Source of the DNA: Patescibacteria group bacterium
Lineage (GTDB): Bacteria > Patescibacteriota > Microgenomatia > UBA1400 > MFAQ01
Length of the DNA: 64,000 bases
Direction of reading: 5' to 3'
NCBI GenBank assembly: GCA_018819325.1
Contig: JAHJQJ010000083.1
Span: 1,067-65,066, forward strand
Shown: one piece after another, positions 48,259 through 57,556 of the stretch
How positions within the stretch are numbered: the stretch's first letter is position 1
Layout of the letters: every line of letters begins with the position of its first letter
The notes under the pieces: generated by a model
What the model was told of the DNA's origin: nothing
The model's database searches: none
The model's input: only the letters and a program-made list of their open reading frames with translations
Made by a program: the position numbers and the translations under genes

Positions 48259-49317
48259 CTAAATTTTTCTATACCTACTGCTTCTGGCCTGACCAATTCT
48301 TTCTAGTAATTGGCATTTTACCAGCCTGGATAAGGCTTGTTTAATGGTTGGTTGTGGCATTTTACCCCTAAGTAAGGTGTTAATATCGGCTACGCTTAAT
48401 GTTTTGCCTTTAGAGAACAAATGATAAACTTCTAGTTGTTTCTTGGACAAAAGTTTTTCTGGCTGATCTTCTTCTATAATTTTTCGGGCTCTGTTTGCCT
48501 GCACAAGAAGAGCTTCAAGAAAATACTTAACCCACGGGGTAATATCCTGATGGTTGGTTTTATGATTTTTTTGAGTGGCTCGCAACGCCAGATAATAATC
48601 TGTTTTTGTTTCTTCAATAATTTCGTCTAAAGAAACATAGGGGATGTATTCGTAGCCGATTTTAAGAAGTAAGAGATTGGTTAGGGCGCGACTCATTCGG
48701 CCATTGCCATCTTTGAAGGGGTGGATTGCCAAAAACTCAAAAATAAAATTTGCAACAACTAAGAGTGGATGAACCTCTCCTGTTTTTAGTTGTTTATTTG
48801 TCCAGTTAAGAATGGTTTCCATTTCTGGTTTTACGAGATAGGGAGCCGTAGGTTTAAATAAGATTACCTGTTCACCCTGTTTGTTAAACATAACTACCGT
48901 ATTGGATCCGGATTTATATTTCCCCTTATGGATTTGGTCTTTTTTGGAGAAATGCAAGAGGATACTGTGAAATTGTAGAATCCAATTTTCGGATAATTTA
49001 AGTGTGCGCCAATTGTCAAAAATCCTGCCAATTAAATTAGCATAGCCCGCTACCCCTTGTTCGTCTCGACTCTTTGGAGCTTTGACTTTCAGACCGCGTA
49101 AAAAACGGGCAATTTCTTCATCTGTCATTTGCGCACCTTCAATACGGGTACTGGCGCCAGTTGAGGTAATAATGACCCATTGCTTAAGACGCCCCAAAAT
49201 TTGAGGACTTAATTTAATTCCTCCTTGCCAGAGCCCCTTAAATTCATCGATTTTACCGATTGAAGCCAAGATACTTTGAGTTAGTTTGATGCGCTGATTG
49301 AGTTGATTTTTGGACAT
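48259..49317 (-). CDS. Fic/DOC family protein
   Basis: Fic motif HPFKDGNGRMSRAL; C-terminal wHTH. Confidence 0.75.
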   Translation of the reverse strand: MSKNQLNQRIKLTQSILASIGKIDEFKGLWQGGIKLSPQILGRLKQWVIITSTGASTRIEGAQMTDEEIARFLRGLKVKAPKSRDEQGVAGYANLIGRIFDNWRTLKLSENWILQFHSILLHFSKKDQIHKGKYKSGSNTVVMFNKQGEQVILFKPTAPYLVKPEMETILNWTNKQLKTGEVHPLLVVANFIFEFLAIHPFKDGNGRMSRALTNLLLLKIGYEYIPYVSLDEIIEETKTDYYLALRATQKNHKTNHQDITPWVKYFLEALLVQANRARKIIEEDQPEKLLSKKQLEVYHLFSKGKTLSVADINTLLRGKMPQPTIKQALSRLVKCQLLERIGQARSSRYRKI

Positions 49318-49475
49318 AGGAATTGAATATAATTAACTATATTCAATAGTATACGATAGTATCTGAAAAGTCAATCTGACTCAAATGTTCCCACGTTGGC
49401 CTTTCTGTAAAGGGCTAGAGGAGAGTCCTCTAAGTACAGAAAGGACAGTCCCCTTTTTGAGTGGTGGGCAGATAT

Positions 49476-50204
49476 TTAAACTCCTGCCAGTTCTTTTTTT
49501 AGGGCAGTGGGGAGATCCTTGATAATTTGCCAAAAACTTTTTGGTAAAAATCTTTTTAACTCAAAGGCTAACTTGTCTTTTGATAATTTAGTCGTTAGCT
49601 CTAGAATTTTTTTTCTTTGCTGGTTGTCAATCTTTAACAATGGTCGAAAGTCATCTTTTCGAAGGATAAAATAGAGGTCAAAAAAATCTCTAACCTTAGA
49701 TCGGTCAAGCAGGGCGGCGACTTTTTCTGCTATTAGTAGTTTTCTGTCTAGCAAGTAAATACTATAACTTGGAAAGATGTTTGAGGCTATCAGAACGTTT
49801 TCTTTGATAAGTTTATCTTGAGGTCTAAAAGAAATCTGGTTTTGAATTTCAATTTTCTGGTTAAATAATTCAACTTCTATAACCGCTAGATGCCCGCCAG
49901 AAGTTAGTTTTGATTCTTTTAAATCGACCCCTATTCCTTGGGTGGATAATTCTATTAAAACCGTCTCTAGAATTTTTTCGTAAGTATTGGAATTTTTTTC
50001 CCCTGAAAAATCTAAATCCTCAGAAAACCTTGGAGATCCAAACGCTAATCTTAAAGCTGTGCCGCCTTTAAATAAAAAGTTTTGGCTATTTTCTTGGCTA
50101 TAAAAACTCTTTAGAAAAAGGTGCTGAACATACTCTCTTAATATATTGCTTAGGCTTGTTTCTGATTTGGTGGCATGGTTTTTTAAAAAATTTTCGTCTA
50201 TCAT
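49476..50204 (-). CDS. AbiEii/AbiGii-family nucleotidyltransferase toxin
   Basis: GGTALRLAFGSPRFSEDLDFS is the pol-beta-type NTase motif of AbiEii. Confidence 0.65.
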   Translation of the reverse strand: MIDENFLKNHATKSETSLSNILREYVQHLFLKSFYSQENSQNFLFKGGTALRLAFGSPRFSEDLDFSGEKNSNTYEKILETVLIELSTQGIGVDLKESKLTSGGHLAVIEVELFNQKIEIQNQISFRPQDKLIKENVLIASNIFPSYSIYLLDRKLLIAEKVAALLDRSKVRDFFDLYFILRKDDFRPLLKIDNQQRKKILELTTKLSKDKLAFELKRFLPKSFWQIIKDLPTALKKELAGV

Positions 50205-50806
50205 AAGCGGTGATTTAATAGTTGACTGGCAAAGGAAATCAGTTTTGGTTTAAGAAATAATTTTAAGTATTTTTTAAGCTGAACGAAGTCAAGAGTCTTT
50301 GTTTTTAATCGATCGTTGTAATTTCTTTTGCCCAGAAAGACATAGTAAAGAAAGTCGGCCACTGCTTTTTCTGGAGTAGCAATGAAAATAGTTTCTTGGG
50401 CGATAACTTTGGGAACATAGCCAGTATAAGCTGACTTTTTGATACGGCGATAATCGAAAAGTAAGTTGCCAACTTTGAACTCTCTGGTGGCTTTAGTAGT
50501 GACCGAAGAAATGGCGTAAATTGTTTCTGGTATTAATTGATAGTAAGAAAGAGCTGAGTCTAAGGAAATATAGGAAGGAGAATAGAGGTGGTTGGCAATG
50601 GAAAACTCTGATGGTGAGTTGTCTTTTAGAGCATAAATGCCCGCTTTAAGGCGGACAAAAACACCTTTTTTGACGTTGTAAGACAAAAAGGCTTGAGTGG
50701 CTCTTTGGGTAGTGTTAAACATGGCTTTTAGATCATCAGTAGTAAAGATTTTTAGATTAAGTGAAATTAGGCGGTTTTTTACTTGATGTGAATTCAGTTT
50801 CTTCAT
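50201..50806 (-). CDS. AbiEi-family antitoxin/transcriptional regulator
   Basis: ~200 aa wHTH protein immediately upstream of, and overlapping, the AbiEii gene. Confidence 0.55.
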   Translation of the reverse strand: MKKLNSHQVKNRLISLNLKIFTTDDLKAMFNTTQRATQAFLSYNVKKGVFVRLKAGIYALKDNSPSEFSIANHLYSPSYISLDSALSYYQLIPETIYAISSVTTKATREFKVGNLLFDYRRIKKSAYTGYVPKVIAQETIFIATPEKAVADFLYYVFLGKRNYNDRLKTKTLDFVQLKKYLKLFLKPKLISFASQLLNHRL

Positions 50807-50928
50807 AATATTATGGTATATCTGAATTGGAGGCTTGTCAAGCAGGCGATTTTTTGGTAGTTGCTTGTTTATTATTTAATGTATAGTTAATATGTATTAA
50901 CAACTTACTTAAGTAATAACTGCCCGTT

Positions 50929-51498
50929 ATGAAAATATATTTTACTGCCCCGCTGAAAGGAGGCGTGTCGTTTGATAAAAGATACCAACTAATTGAAAAA
51001 ACATTAGAAGGTTTGGGGCATAAAGTTTTGGCTGGTCAGGCAATTAAAAAAAGTCTAGAGAAAAAGAATTACAACAAAAAAGAATCGGTCAAGATATATA
51101 GACAACTATATAGAACACTAAAATCAGTAGAGATTGCTATTGTGGATATCTCAAACCCTAGTTTATCGGTTGGATATGAGATTTCTTTGGCGCTTGAGCT
51201 TAACAAGCCGGTGATTGCTATTCATTTTAAAAGCAGACGGTACCACCTGCTTAATTCTATACCTAATGAAAAGTTGCAAATTGTTCGCTACGACAGTAAA
51301 AACCTAAAAAGGCAGTTAGAAAAAGCGATTAAGACTGCATTAGATATGGTTGATGTTCGTTTTAACTTTTTTATTACCCCCCAACTGCTTTCATATTTAG
51401 ATTGGATTTCCGGTAAAAGACGAATTCCTAGATCTGTGTTTATTAGGGGCTTAATAGAAAATGACATGGAGAAAAACAAAGAGTATTTAGAAGATTAG
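50929..51498 (+). CDS. Nucleoside 2-deoxyribosyltransferase-like domain fused to a C-terminal ribbon-helix-helix (CopG-like) domain
   Basis: MKIYFTAPLKGG...VDISNPSLSVGYEISLALELNKPVIAI is NDT/Rcl-like; the C-terminal ...RRIPRSVFIRGLIENDM is RHH-like. Confidence 0.4.
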   Translation: MKIYFTAPLKGGVSFDKRYQLIEKTLEGLGHKVLAGQAIKKSLEKKNYNKKESVKIYRQLYRTLKSVEIAIVDISNPSLSVGYEISLALELNKPVIAIHFKSRRYHLLNSIPNEKLQIVRYDSKNLKRQLEKAIKTALDMVDVRFNFFITPQLLSYLDWISGKRRIPRSVFIRGLIENDMEKNKEYLED

Positions 51499-51689
51499 GT
51501 ATCTGTTTTACGGCTTGGCTTGACAAAGGTAGTTGTTGTATGTTTTGATGTAGTTATATATTAAATATGAGTTTATTATATATTTAATGTATATTTACTG
51601 CTAATGAACAAAATAACTGCCCAACCCACTTTGCCTATTTCAAATTTATTATTTTTGAATAATACATAAAGGAAAGGGGGTGAGAAAGA

Positions 51690-52304
51690 ATGAATGAAAA
51701 AAGAATAGCACTAGGAGTTTTAGTTTTAATAGCAGTAATTGGAGGAACATTTGCCGTTACCCGTGCCTTCTTCACCGATACTGAGACCAGCACCGGCAGT
51801 ACATTTACTGTTGGTACTTTAGACCTGGACGTTGGAGGAGCTAATGGCTCAAACGTTGAGCCCTTTGTTATTGAAAACATAGGGGATACAGGCGATATAG
51901 ATGGTTCCAAGGTTTGGACGGTTAACAATACTGGATCTTTACCTGGACGCCTTTACTTTAAGTTAGACAACGTTTTAAACTATGAAAATGGCTGTAATGA
52001 GCCTGAAGCATTAGTTGACGTAACTTGTCTAGACCCAGGAGTAGGAGAAGGTGACTTGGGTGGTGTGGTTACGATTCACGCTTACCTTGATGGAGTAGAA
52101 AAAGCTTCGTCTACCTTAGCAAGCGCAAACCAGGCCGTGATTGGTAATACATGGACGGCTTTGCCAGCGATGACTATCCCTGCAAACAGCAGTGTCCAAG
52201 TAATGTTGGACTGGTCTACTGGTGAAAATGATTATGGTAACGAGATCCAAAGTGACAGCATCACATTTGATGTTGGTTTTGATCTAGTACAGATAATCGA
52301 CTAG
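51690..52304 (+). CDS. TasA/camelysin-like secreted protein with a SipW-cognate signal peptide
   Basis: TM then RAFFTDTETSTGSTFTVGTLDLDV, the SipW-cognate motif. Confidence 0.55.
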   Translation: MNEKRIALGVLVLIAVIGGTFAVTRAFFTDTETSTGSTFTVGTLDLDVGGANGSNVEPFVIENIGDTGDIDGSKVWTVNNTGSLPGRLYFKLDNVLNYENGCNEPEALVDVTCLDPGVGEGDLGGVVTIHAYLDGVEKASSTLASANQAVIGNTWTALPAMTIPANSSVQVMLDWSTGENDYGNEIQSDSITFDVGFDLVQIID

Positions 52305-52344
52305 AACCTTTCTTGCCAACAGGGGACCATTAATATGTCCCCTG

Positions 52345-52863
52345 TTGAGTGAGAAATTAAATATGAAAAAAACACTAAATATTATTGTTGGAATATTTTC
52401 TTGGATCCTTATTGGTTCCTTTGTGGTTATATTAGGAATGACTTTACTGTCTAACTTGAATTTATTGCAGGGATATCGCTCTTTTTTGGTTCAGTCGGGG
52501 TCTATGGAGCCTTCGATTATGATTGGTGACGTAGTAATAACCACCAAGGCAAGGCAGTACCACCAAAATGACGTGGTTACTTTTAGAGACAATGACGGCA
52601 GAACGGTTACCCACAGAGTTATTGAGATTGAGAAGACGAACTACACGCCACTATTGGTTACCAAAGGAGACGCTAACGATACTAAAGACAGACATAAAAT
52701 TAATACAGATCAGGTTTTGGGTAGGGTTAGTTTGGTAATTCCAAAGCTGGGCTTTGTGATTGCTTTTTCTAGAACACCAATTGGTCTTTTGGTATTGGTA
52801 ATTATTCCGGGTGGAATCATTGCTGCTGATGAAATAAAGAACATTTTTAAGAAACGTGAATAG
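52345..52863 (+). CDS. sipW: Signal peptidase I, SipW type (S26B)
   Basis: VQSGSMEPSI catalytic Ser box and THRV His box; N- and C-terminal TM helices. Confidence 0.7.
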   Translation: MSEKLNMKKTLNIIVGIFSWILIGSFVVILGMTLLSNLNLLQGYRSFLVQSGSMEPSIMIGDVVITTKARQYHQNDVVTFRDNDGRTVTHRVIEIEKTNYTPLLVTKGDANDTKDRHKINTDQVLGRVSLVIPKLGFVIAFSRTPIGLLVLVIIPGGIIAADEIKNIFKKRE

Positions 52864-53443
52864 GAGGGTAGCTTTAAGAATAGCTTTTTTCTTTATGATG
52901 TCTATTTTGCTTTTTAGCGGTGCCACTGATGCTGATATTTCTGACAGTGAGGTGAGCACGGGCAATACTTTTACTGCCACGACTTTGGATATTACCCAAA
53001 ACCAGACTAGTAATAACCTGCCTATTTCTTCATTGTTTAATGTAACCTCATTGGTTCCTGGTGGTTTTGATATAAGGGCGATGAGAATACTGAAAGCAGG
53101 GAAGATGGATTTTAATTACCGAATAATTGCTAATAAAACAATTGGAGATGATAACTTTTGCCAATCTTTAACGCTGGTTCTTCTTCAAGACTGGCAGATT
53201 AAGTACGAGGGAGTGATGAATGACTTGGTTTTGGATGACAGGATTAACGAAAATGGGATTGACGACTGGATTATGCTGGTGAAACTTAGTAGCAATGACC
53301 AAGCTTTAGTTTTAAAGGAATGCCAATTTGACATTATCTTTAAGACCTGGAAGAATGACCCATATGAAACAAACGGGTTCTATGATGAAGAGATTATTAC
53401 CAACCGAGTCACCAGTGGTAGCTGGGCAAATAATGAAGAATAG
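52856..53443 (+). CDS. Second TasA-like protein with a SipW-cognate signal peptide
   Basis: ADISDSEVSTGNTFTATTLDI. Confidence 0.5.
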   Translation: MNRRVALRIAFFFMMSILLFSGATDADISDSEVSTGNTFTATTLDITQNQTSNNLPISSLFNVTSLVPGGFDIRAMRILKAGKMDFNYRIIANKTIGDDNFCQSLTLVLLQDWQIKYEGVMNDLVLDDRINENGIDDWIMLVKLSSNDQALVLKECQFDIIFKTWKNDPYETNGFYDEEIITNRVTSGSWANNEE

Positions 53444-53936
53444 TATCCACGCCATATTAATTGTTTGGATTGTAGTTATAGCAATGTTAGATGTTGTAAC
53501 CTCTGCTAAAAACTTACCAGGTGAAGTTAGGTTCTACACGATGGAATTAAATTCCATGGGTCCGGCTGTTCCGGCAAATAGTTTAATTCTTACTAAGCCA
53601 TATCCTAATTATCTTGTTAATGAGATTATCACTTTTGAGTTCCCCGGTAGTAAAGAAACTGTAACTCACCGGATTGTTAACTTATATGAACAAAATAATC
53701 AAACCTATTATATTACCCAAGGGGATAATAATGAGGCGGTTGACAGAAGACTTATCCCTATAGAAAATATTTTTGGTAAAGCGACTGCTGTAATTCCTTT
53801 ACTGGGGTGGTTGGTTAAGTTTGTAGACACAGAGCTGGGGCTTATATTACTGGTGGCCGTACCGGCAACCTTGGTGGTAAGAAGAGAAATTATGGTTATT
53901 AAAAGGGAGATTAAAAAAGGTATGCGTAAGGGTTAG
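53433..53936 (+). CDS. Second SipW-type signal peptidase I
   Basis: ELNSMGPAVP Ser box, THRIV His box, TM helices at both ends; start chosen at MKNSIH. Confidence 0.55.
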   Translation: MKNSIHAILIVWIVVIAMLDVVTSAKNLPGEVRFYTMELNSMGPAVPANSLILTKPYPNYLVNEIITFEFPGSKETVTHRIVNLYEQNNQTYYITQGDNNEAVDRRLIPIENIFGKATAVIPLLGWLVKFVDTELGLILLVAVPATLVVRREIMVIKREIKKGMRKG

Positions 53937-54814
53937 GCACTTATCTTAGAAATTTTCCAGATGCCTTTTTCTCTAAATGCTGGAATTGTTTGGCGCTTGG
54001 CCTTGTTGAGTAAAATAGAAGTGGATTCTTTTTCTGCCTTGGCGTACTGAGATAGTTTTATAATGGTATTACCTTTAAGGTAAGCAATTCTTTTGTGCAT
54101 TGATTCCAGTAATGCTAGGGTTAGTATTTTTTCCATAGATGTAGATTTTTGGCTATTTCGGTATTCGCCAAAGGATTTGTAGTATAGAGATTTTTCTTTA
54201 TCGCGAATAATTATGGGCGGAAAGCCAAGCTGTGTTAACTGATAGTTAATAAGTACTCGACCAATACGACCGTTTCCGTCTATAAATGGGTGGATGTTTT
54301 CAAACTCTAGATGAAACTGGGCAATTTTTTCTAGAAAATATTTTCTGTGATCGCTTGAGTACTCAACAAGGACCGACTCTATCATTCTATCTATATGTTC
54401 TGGTGCGGGTGCAATATGCATACCTACCCTGACGTACTCGTTTTTCTTTCTAAATCTGCCGGATATGTTTTCGTTGATATTTTCAATAAGCATTTTGTGC
54501 AATAGCAGAATTAGATCTTTATTAATATCTTTTACAGTTACCTTGTTTTTTATATACTCGGAAACCCTGGCTAAGTTTTTGGCTTCAAAAATCTCTATAA
54601 CAGAAACGTGACGTGAGGCTTCCATTTCCATTAAAATTTTTTCTGTTTCTGCTATGGTTAAGGTAGAACCCTCAATTGCGTTTGAGTTATAAACAGCCTC
54701 GGACAACTCTGTTTCAAATAAAATATCTAAAAGAGAGTCTTTACCCTTTTTCAAGGAGTCATAGTCTTTTTTAAGCCTGTTTATGTTTTGTCTGAGATTT
54801 TTAGTGATTGCCAT
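53933..54814 (-). CDS. Fic/DOC family protein
   Basis: Fic motif HPFIDGNGRIGR. Confidence 0.7.
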   Translation of the reverse strand: MAITKNLRQNINRLKKDYDSLKKGKDSLLDILFETELSEAVYNSNAIEGSTLTIAETEKILMEMEASRHVSVIEIFEAKNLARVSEYIKNKVTVKDINKDLILLLHKMLIENINENISGRFRKKNEYVRVGMHIAPAPEHIDRMIESVLVEYSSDHRKYFLEKIAQFHLEFENIHPFIDGNGRIGRVLINYQLTQLGFPPIIIRDKEKSLYYKSFGEYRNSQKSTSMEKILTLALLESMHKRIAYLKGNTIIKLSQYAKAEKESTSILLNKAKRQTIPAFREKGIWKISKISA

Positions 54815-54890
54815 GGATTTATTTTACTATATTCACGCTAAAATGTCAATATACCGTGAATTTATACTAAAAGTGGCACAAATTCACGTT

Positions 54891-57488
54891 TTAGGCGGTC
54901 TGGGGGTAGTGGCAGGTTTTGAATTTTTTGAGCGAACCGCACCAGCAAGGGTCGTTGCGACCAAGTTTTTTAGGTTTGGCCACCTCGGGAGAGGGAGTTG
55001 GTGGTGGAGTGGCGGGACGGGCTTGGATGCGGAAGATACGGCGGGCAATTTGACTGTCCATTTTGTTTAAGAGCGATTCGAACAAAGAGTAGGCTTCTTT
55101 TTTGTACTCTACTACCGGGTCTTTTTGAGCGTAACCTCTTAGACCGATGCCGTCCCGCAGTGAGTCTAGGGTGTCTAGGTGTTGCATCCAGAGCTCGTCG
55201 TAGGTTCCTAGTTGGACGAATTTTTCTGCTTCTCTGGTTGTTTCTTTACCCAACCCCAGCTCTTGCTCTTTTCTTGCTTGGGCTACTATGTTGTTGAATA
55301 ATTTGTTAATTTCTTTTGGGGTTTGACCTACCAACCTTTTTTCTAAAGGATCAGCCGACTGAGGGTGTAGGGGTAAGATTAGCTGGAACTCTTTTATTAA
55401 ACGATCGGCGTCATCTTTGGTTAACTTATCAAAATAGGGAACAAGAAGGTTGTCTACTTCTTGGGCAAGAAGTTCATCTGTCTCTTGCTTTAAACCGCTT
55501 GAGTCGTTTATTTTTTCTAGTATTTGTTGGCGTTTCTTGTAGAAAATGTCTCTGTGTTTGTTTAAAACGCCGTCGTACTCGACCACGTTTTTTCTTTGAT
55601 CAAAGTGGAAAGATTCTACCTTAGCTTGGGCTGTTTCTATGGCTTTGGAAACCATACCTGCTTCTAGGGGTTGATCTTCCGGGACTTTTAGTAGATCCAT
55701 TAACCTTGAAACACGGTCACCACCAAAGATACGCATAATATCATCCCCTAGTGAAACGTAAAAGCGTGACGATCCGGGGTCACCCTGACGGCCGGACCTG
55801 CCCCTGAACTGGTTGTCTATTCTTCTGGACTCGTGTCTGACGGCGCCAATAATATGGAGACCACCCAGCTTTACAACTTTTTGGTGTTCTTTTTGCCAAT
55901 CGGCTTTGGTTCTACCAGACGGATCGCCACCCAAAACTATGTCTACTCCCCTGCCAGCTATATTAGTAGCCACGGTGACACCACCTACTCTACCGGCTTG
56001 GGAGATTATTTCTGCTTCGTTTTCGTGATTTTTAGCATTTAGAACTTGATGTTTTACTCTTTTCTTTTTTAGGAATTGAGTAATTATTTGGTTTTGGTCT
56101 ATTGATTTTGTACCAATAAGAATGGGTTGGCCCTTTTTATTTCTTTCTATTATTTCTTGAACGATTTTGGAGTATTTAGCTGCCTGGGTTTTATAAACAA
56201 TGTCTTGATTGTCCGTTCTTTGTACTGGTTGATTGGTGGGAATAACGACTACGTCTAGGTCGTAGATTTTTTTAAACTCTACTTTTTCGGTAACGGCGGT
56301 ACCTGTCATGCCAGCCAGTTTTTGGTACATTCTGAAATAGTTTTGTAAAGAAATGGTGGCTAAGGTTTTTGATTCTTGCTGAATTTTTACGCCCTCTTTT
56401 GCCTCTATAGCTTGATGAAGTCCGTCGGAGTAACGCCTGCCGTACATTAACCTGCCGGTGTGTTCGTCTACTATTATTATTTGGTCATCTTTGACCACGT
56501 AGTCTTTGTCTTTGGCGAACAAGGTTCTAGATTTTAAGGCTTGCTCTATGTGGTGCAGGGTTTGGTAGTCTTGCTCGTATAAATTTTCTACTTTTAGAAT
56601 TTTTTCTACTTTTCTTAGACCGTGGTCGGTAAGATTGACGGTTCTTTGTTTTTCGTCTAAGTCGTAATCGGTGTCTTTTGAGAGAGAGGTAATAAGTTGA
56701 GAGAATTGGTAGTATTTTTGGGTTGGTTCGGAGTCTGGGGCGGAAATAATTAATGGAGTTCTGGCCTCGTCTATTAAAATTGAGTCAACCTCGTCTACTA
56801 TGGCAAAGTGGTGCTCACGCTGGACCTGGCCTTCTAAGCTTCTGGCCATGTTGTCTCTTAGATAGTCAAAACCAAACTCATTATTGGTGCCGTAGGTTAT
56901 GTCTGCTTTGTAGGCCTCACGTCTAGAGCAAGGTTTTAGGTTATGTAGTCTTTTATCGTGGTGAGTTTTGTCTTGGTAGTCAGGATCGTAGATAGAAGCG
57001 GGCTGGTCTCCCTTGCCGGAATAGATCACACCGGTGGAAAGACCTAAAAGGTGAAAGGCTGGGGCCATCCAACCCGCGTCTCTTTGGGCTAGATAGTCGT
57101 TGACGGTAACCAGATGAACGCCGCGGCCGGTGAGGGCGTTTAAGGCAATGGCAAGAATGGCGGACAGGGTTTTACCCTCCCCTGTTTTCTGCTCGGCAAT
57201 TTTTCCCTGGTGAAAAGCAATGGCGGCCATGAGTTGAACGTCGAAGGCGCGCATACTTGTAGTTCTTTTGGCGGCTTCACGGGTAAGTGCGTAAACTTGA
57301 GGCAAGATATCGTCTAATGTCTTGCCTTGAGATAATTCTTTTTTTAACTTGCCTATTTCTGCCTTGAGTTGACTGTCCTTAAGCTTAGACACACCCGATT
57401 CAAGATTGTTAATAAGGTCAACGGTTGCTTGGAATTTGCTTAGGTCTTTTTGATTTGAGTCAAAGAGGCCTTTTAGTTTTTGGAACAT
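54891..57488 (-). CDS. secA: Preprotein translocase ATPase SecA
   Basis: 865 aa with DEAD-like motor motifs and the C-terminal zinc-binding CWCGS...C.H tail. Confidence 0.9.
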   Translation of the reverse strand: MFQKLKGLFDSNQKDLSKFQATVDLINNLESGVSKLKDSQLKAEIGKLKKELSQGKTLDDILPQVYALTREAAKRTTSMRAFDVQLMAAIAFHQGKIAEQKTGEGKTLSAILAIALNALTGRGVHLVTVNDYLAQRDAGWMAPAFHLLGLSTGVIYSGKGDQPASIYDPDYQDKTHHDKRLHNLKPCSRREAYKADITYGTNNEFGFDYLRDNMARSLEGQVQREHHFAIVDEVDSILIDEARTPLIISAPDSEPTQKYYQFSQLITSLSKDTDYDLDEKQRTVNLTDHGLRKVEKILKVENLYEQDYQTLHHIEQALKSRTLFAKDKDYVVKDDQIIIVDEHTGRLMYGRRYSDGLHQAIEAKEGVKIQQESKTLATISLQNYFRMYQKLAGMTGTAVTEKVEFKKIYDLDVVVIPTNQPVQRTDNQDIVYKTQAAKYSKIVQEIIERNKKGQPILIGTKSIDQNQIITQFLKKKRVKHQVLNAKNHENEAEIISQAGRVGGVTVATNIAGRGVDIVLGGDPSGRTKADWQKEHQKVVKLGGLHIIGAVRHESRRIDNQFRGRSGRQGDPGSSRFYVSLGDDIMRIFGGDRVSRLMDLLKVPEDQPLEAGMVSKAIETAQAKVESFHFDQRKNVVEYDGVLNKHRDIFYKKRQQILEKINDSSGLKQETDELLAQEVDNLLVPYFDKLTKDDADRLIKEFQLILPLHPQSADPLEKRLVGQTPKEINKLFNNIVAQARKEQELGLGKETTREAEKFVQLGTYDELWMQHLDTLDSLRDGIGLRGYAQKDPVVEYKKEAYSLFESLLNKMDSQIARRIFRIQARPATPPPTPSPEVAKPKKLGRNDPCWCGSLKKFKTCHYPQTA

Positions 57489-57556
57489 TGTAGTAATTAT
57501 AACGCGTTCTTGTCATTCTGGCTTATCCAGAATCGATTCTGGATGCGTTCGAAGAC

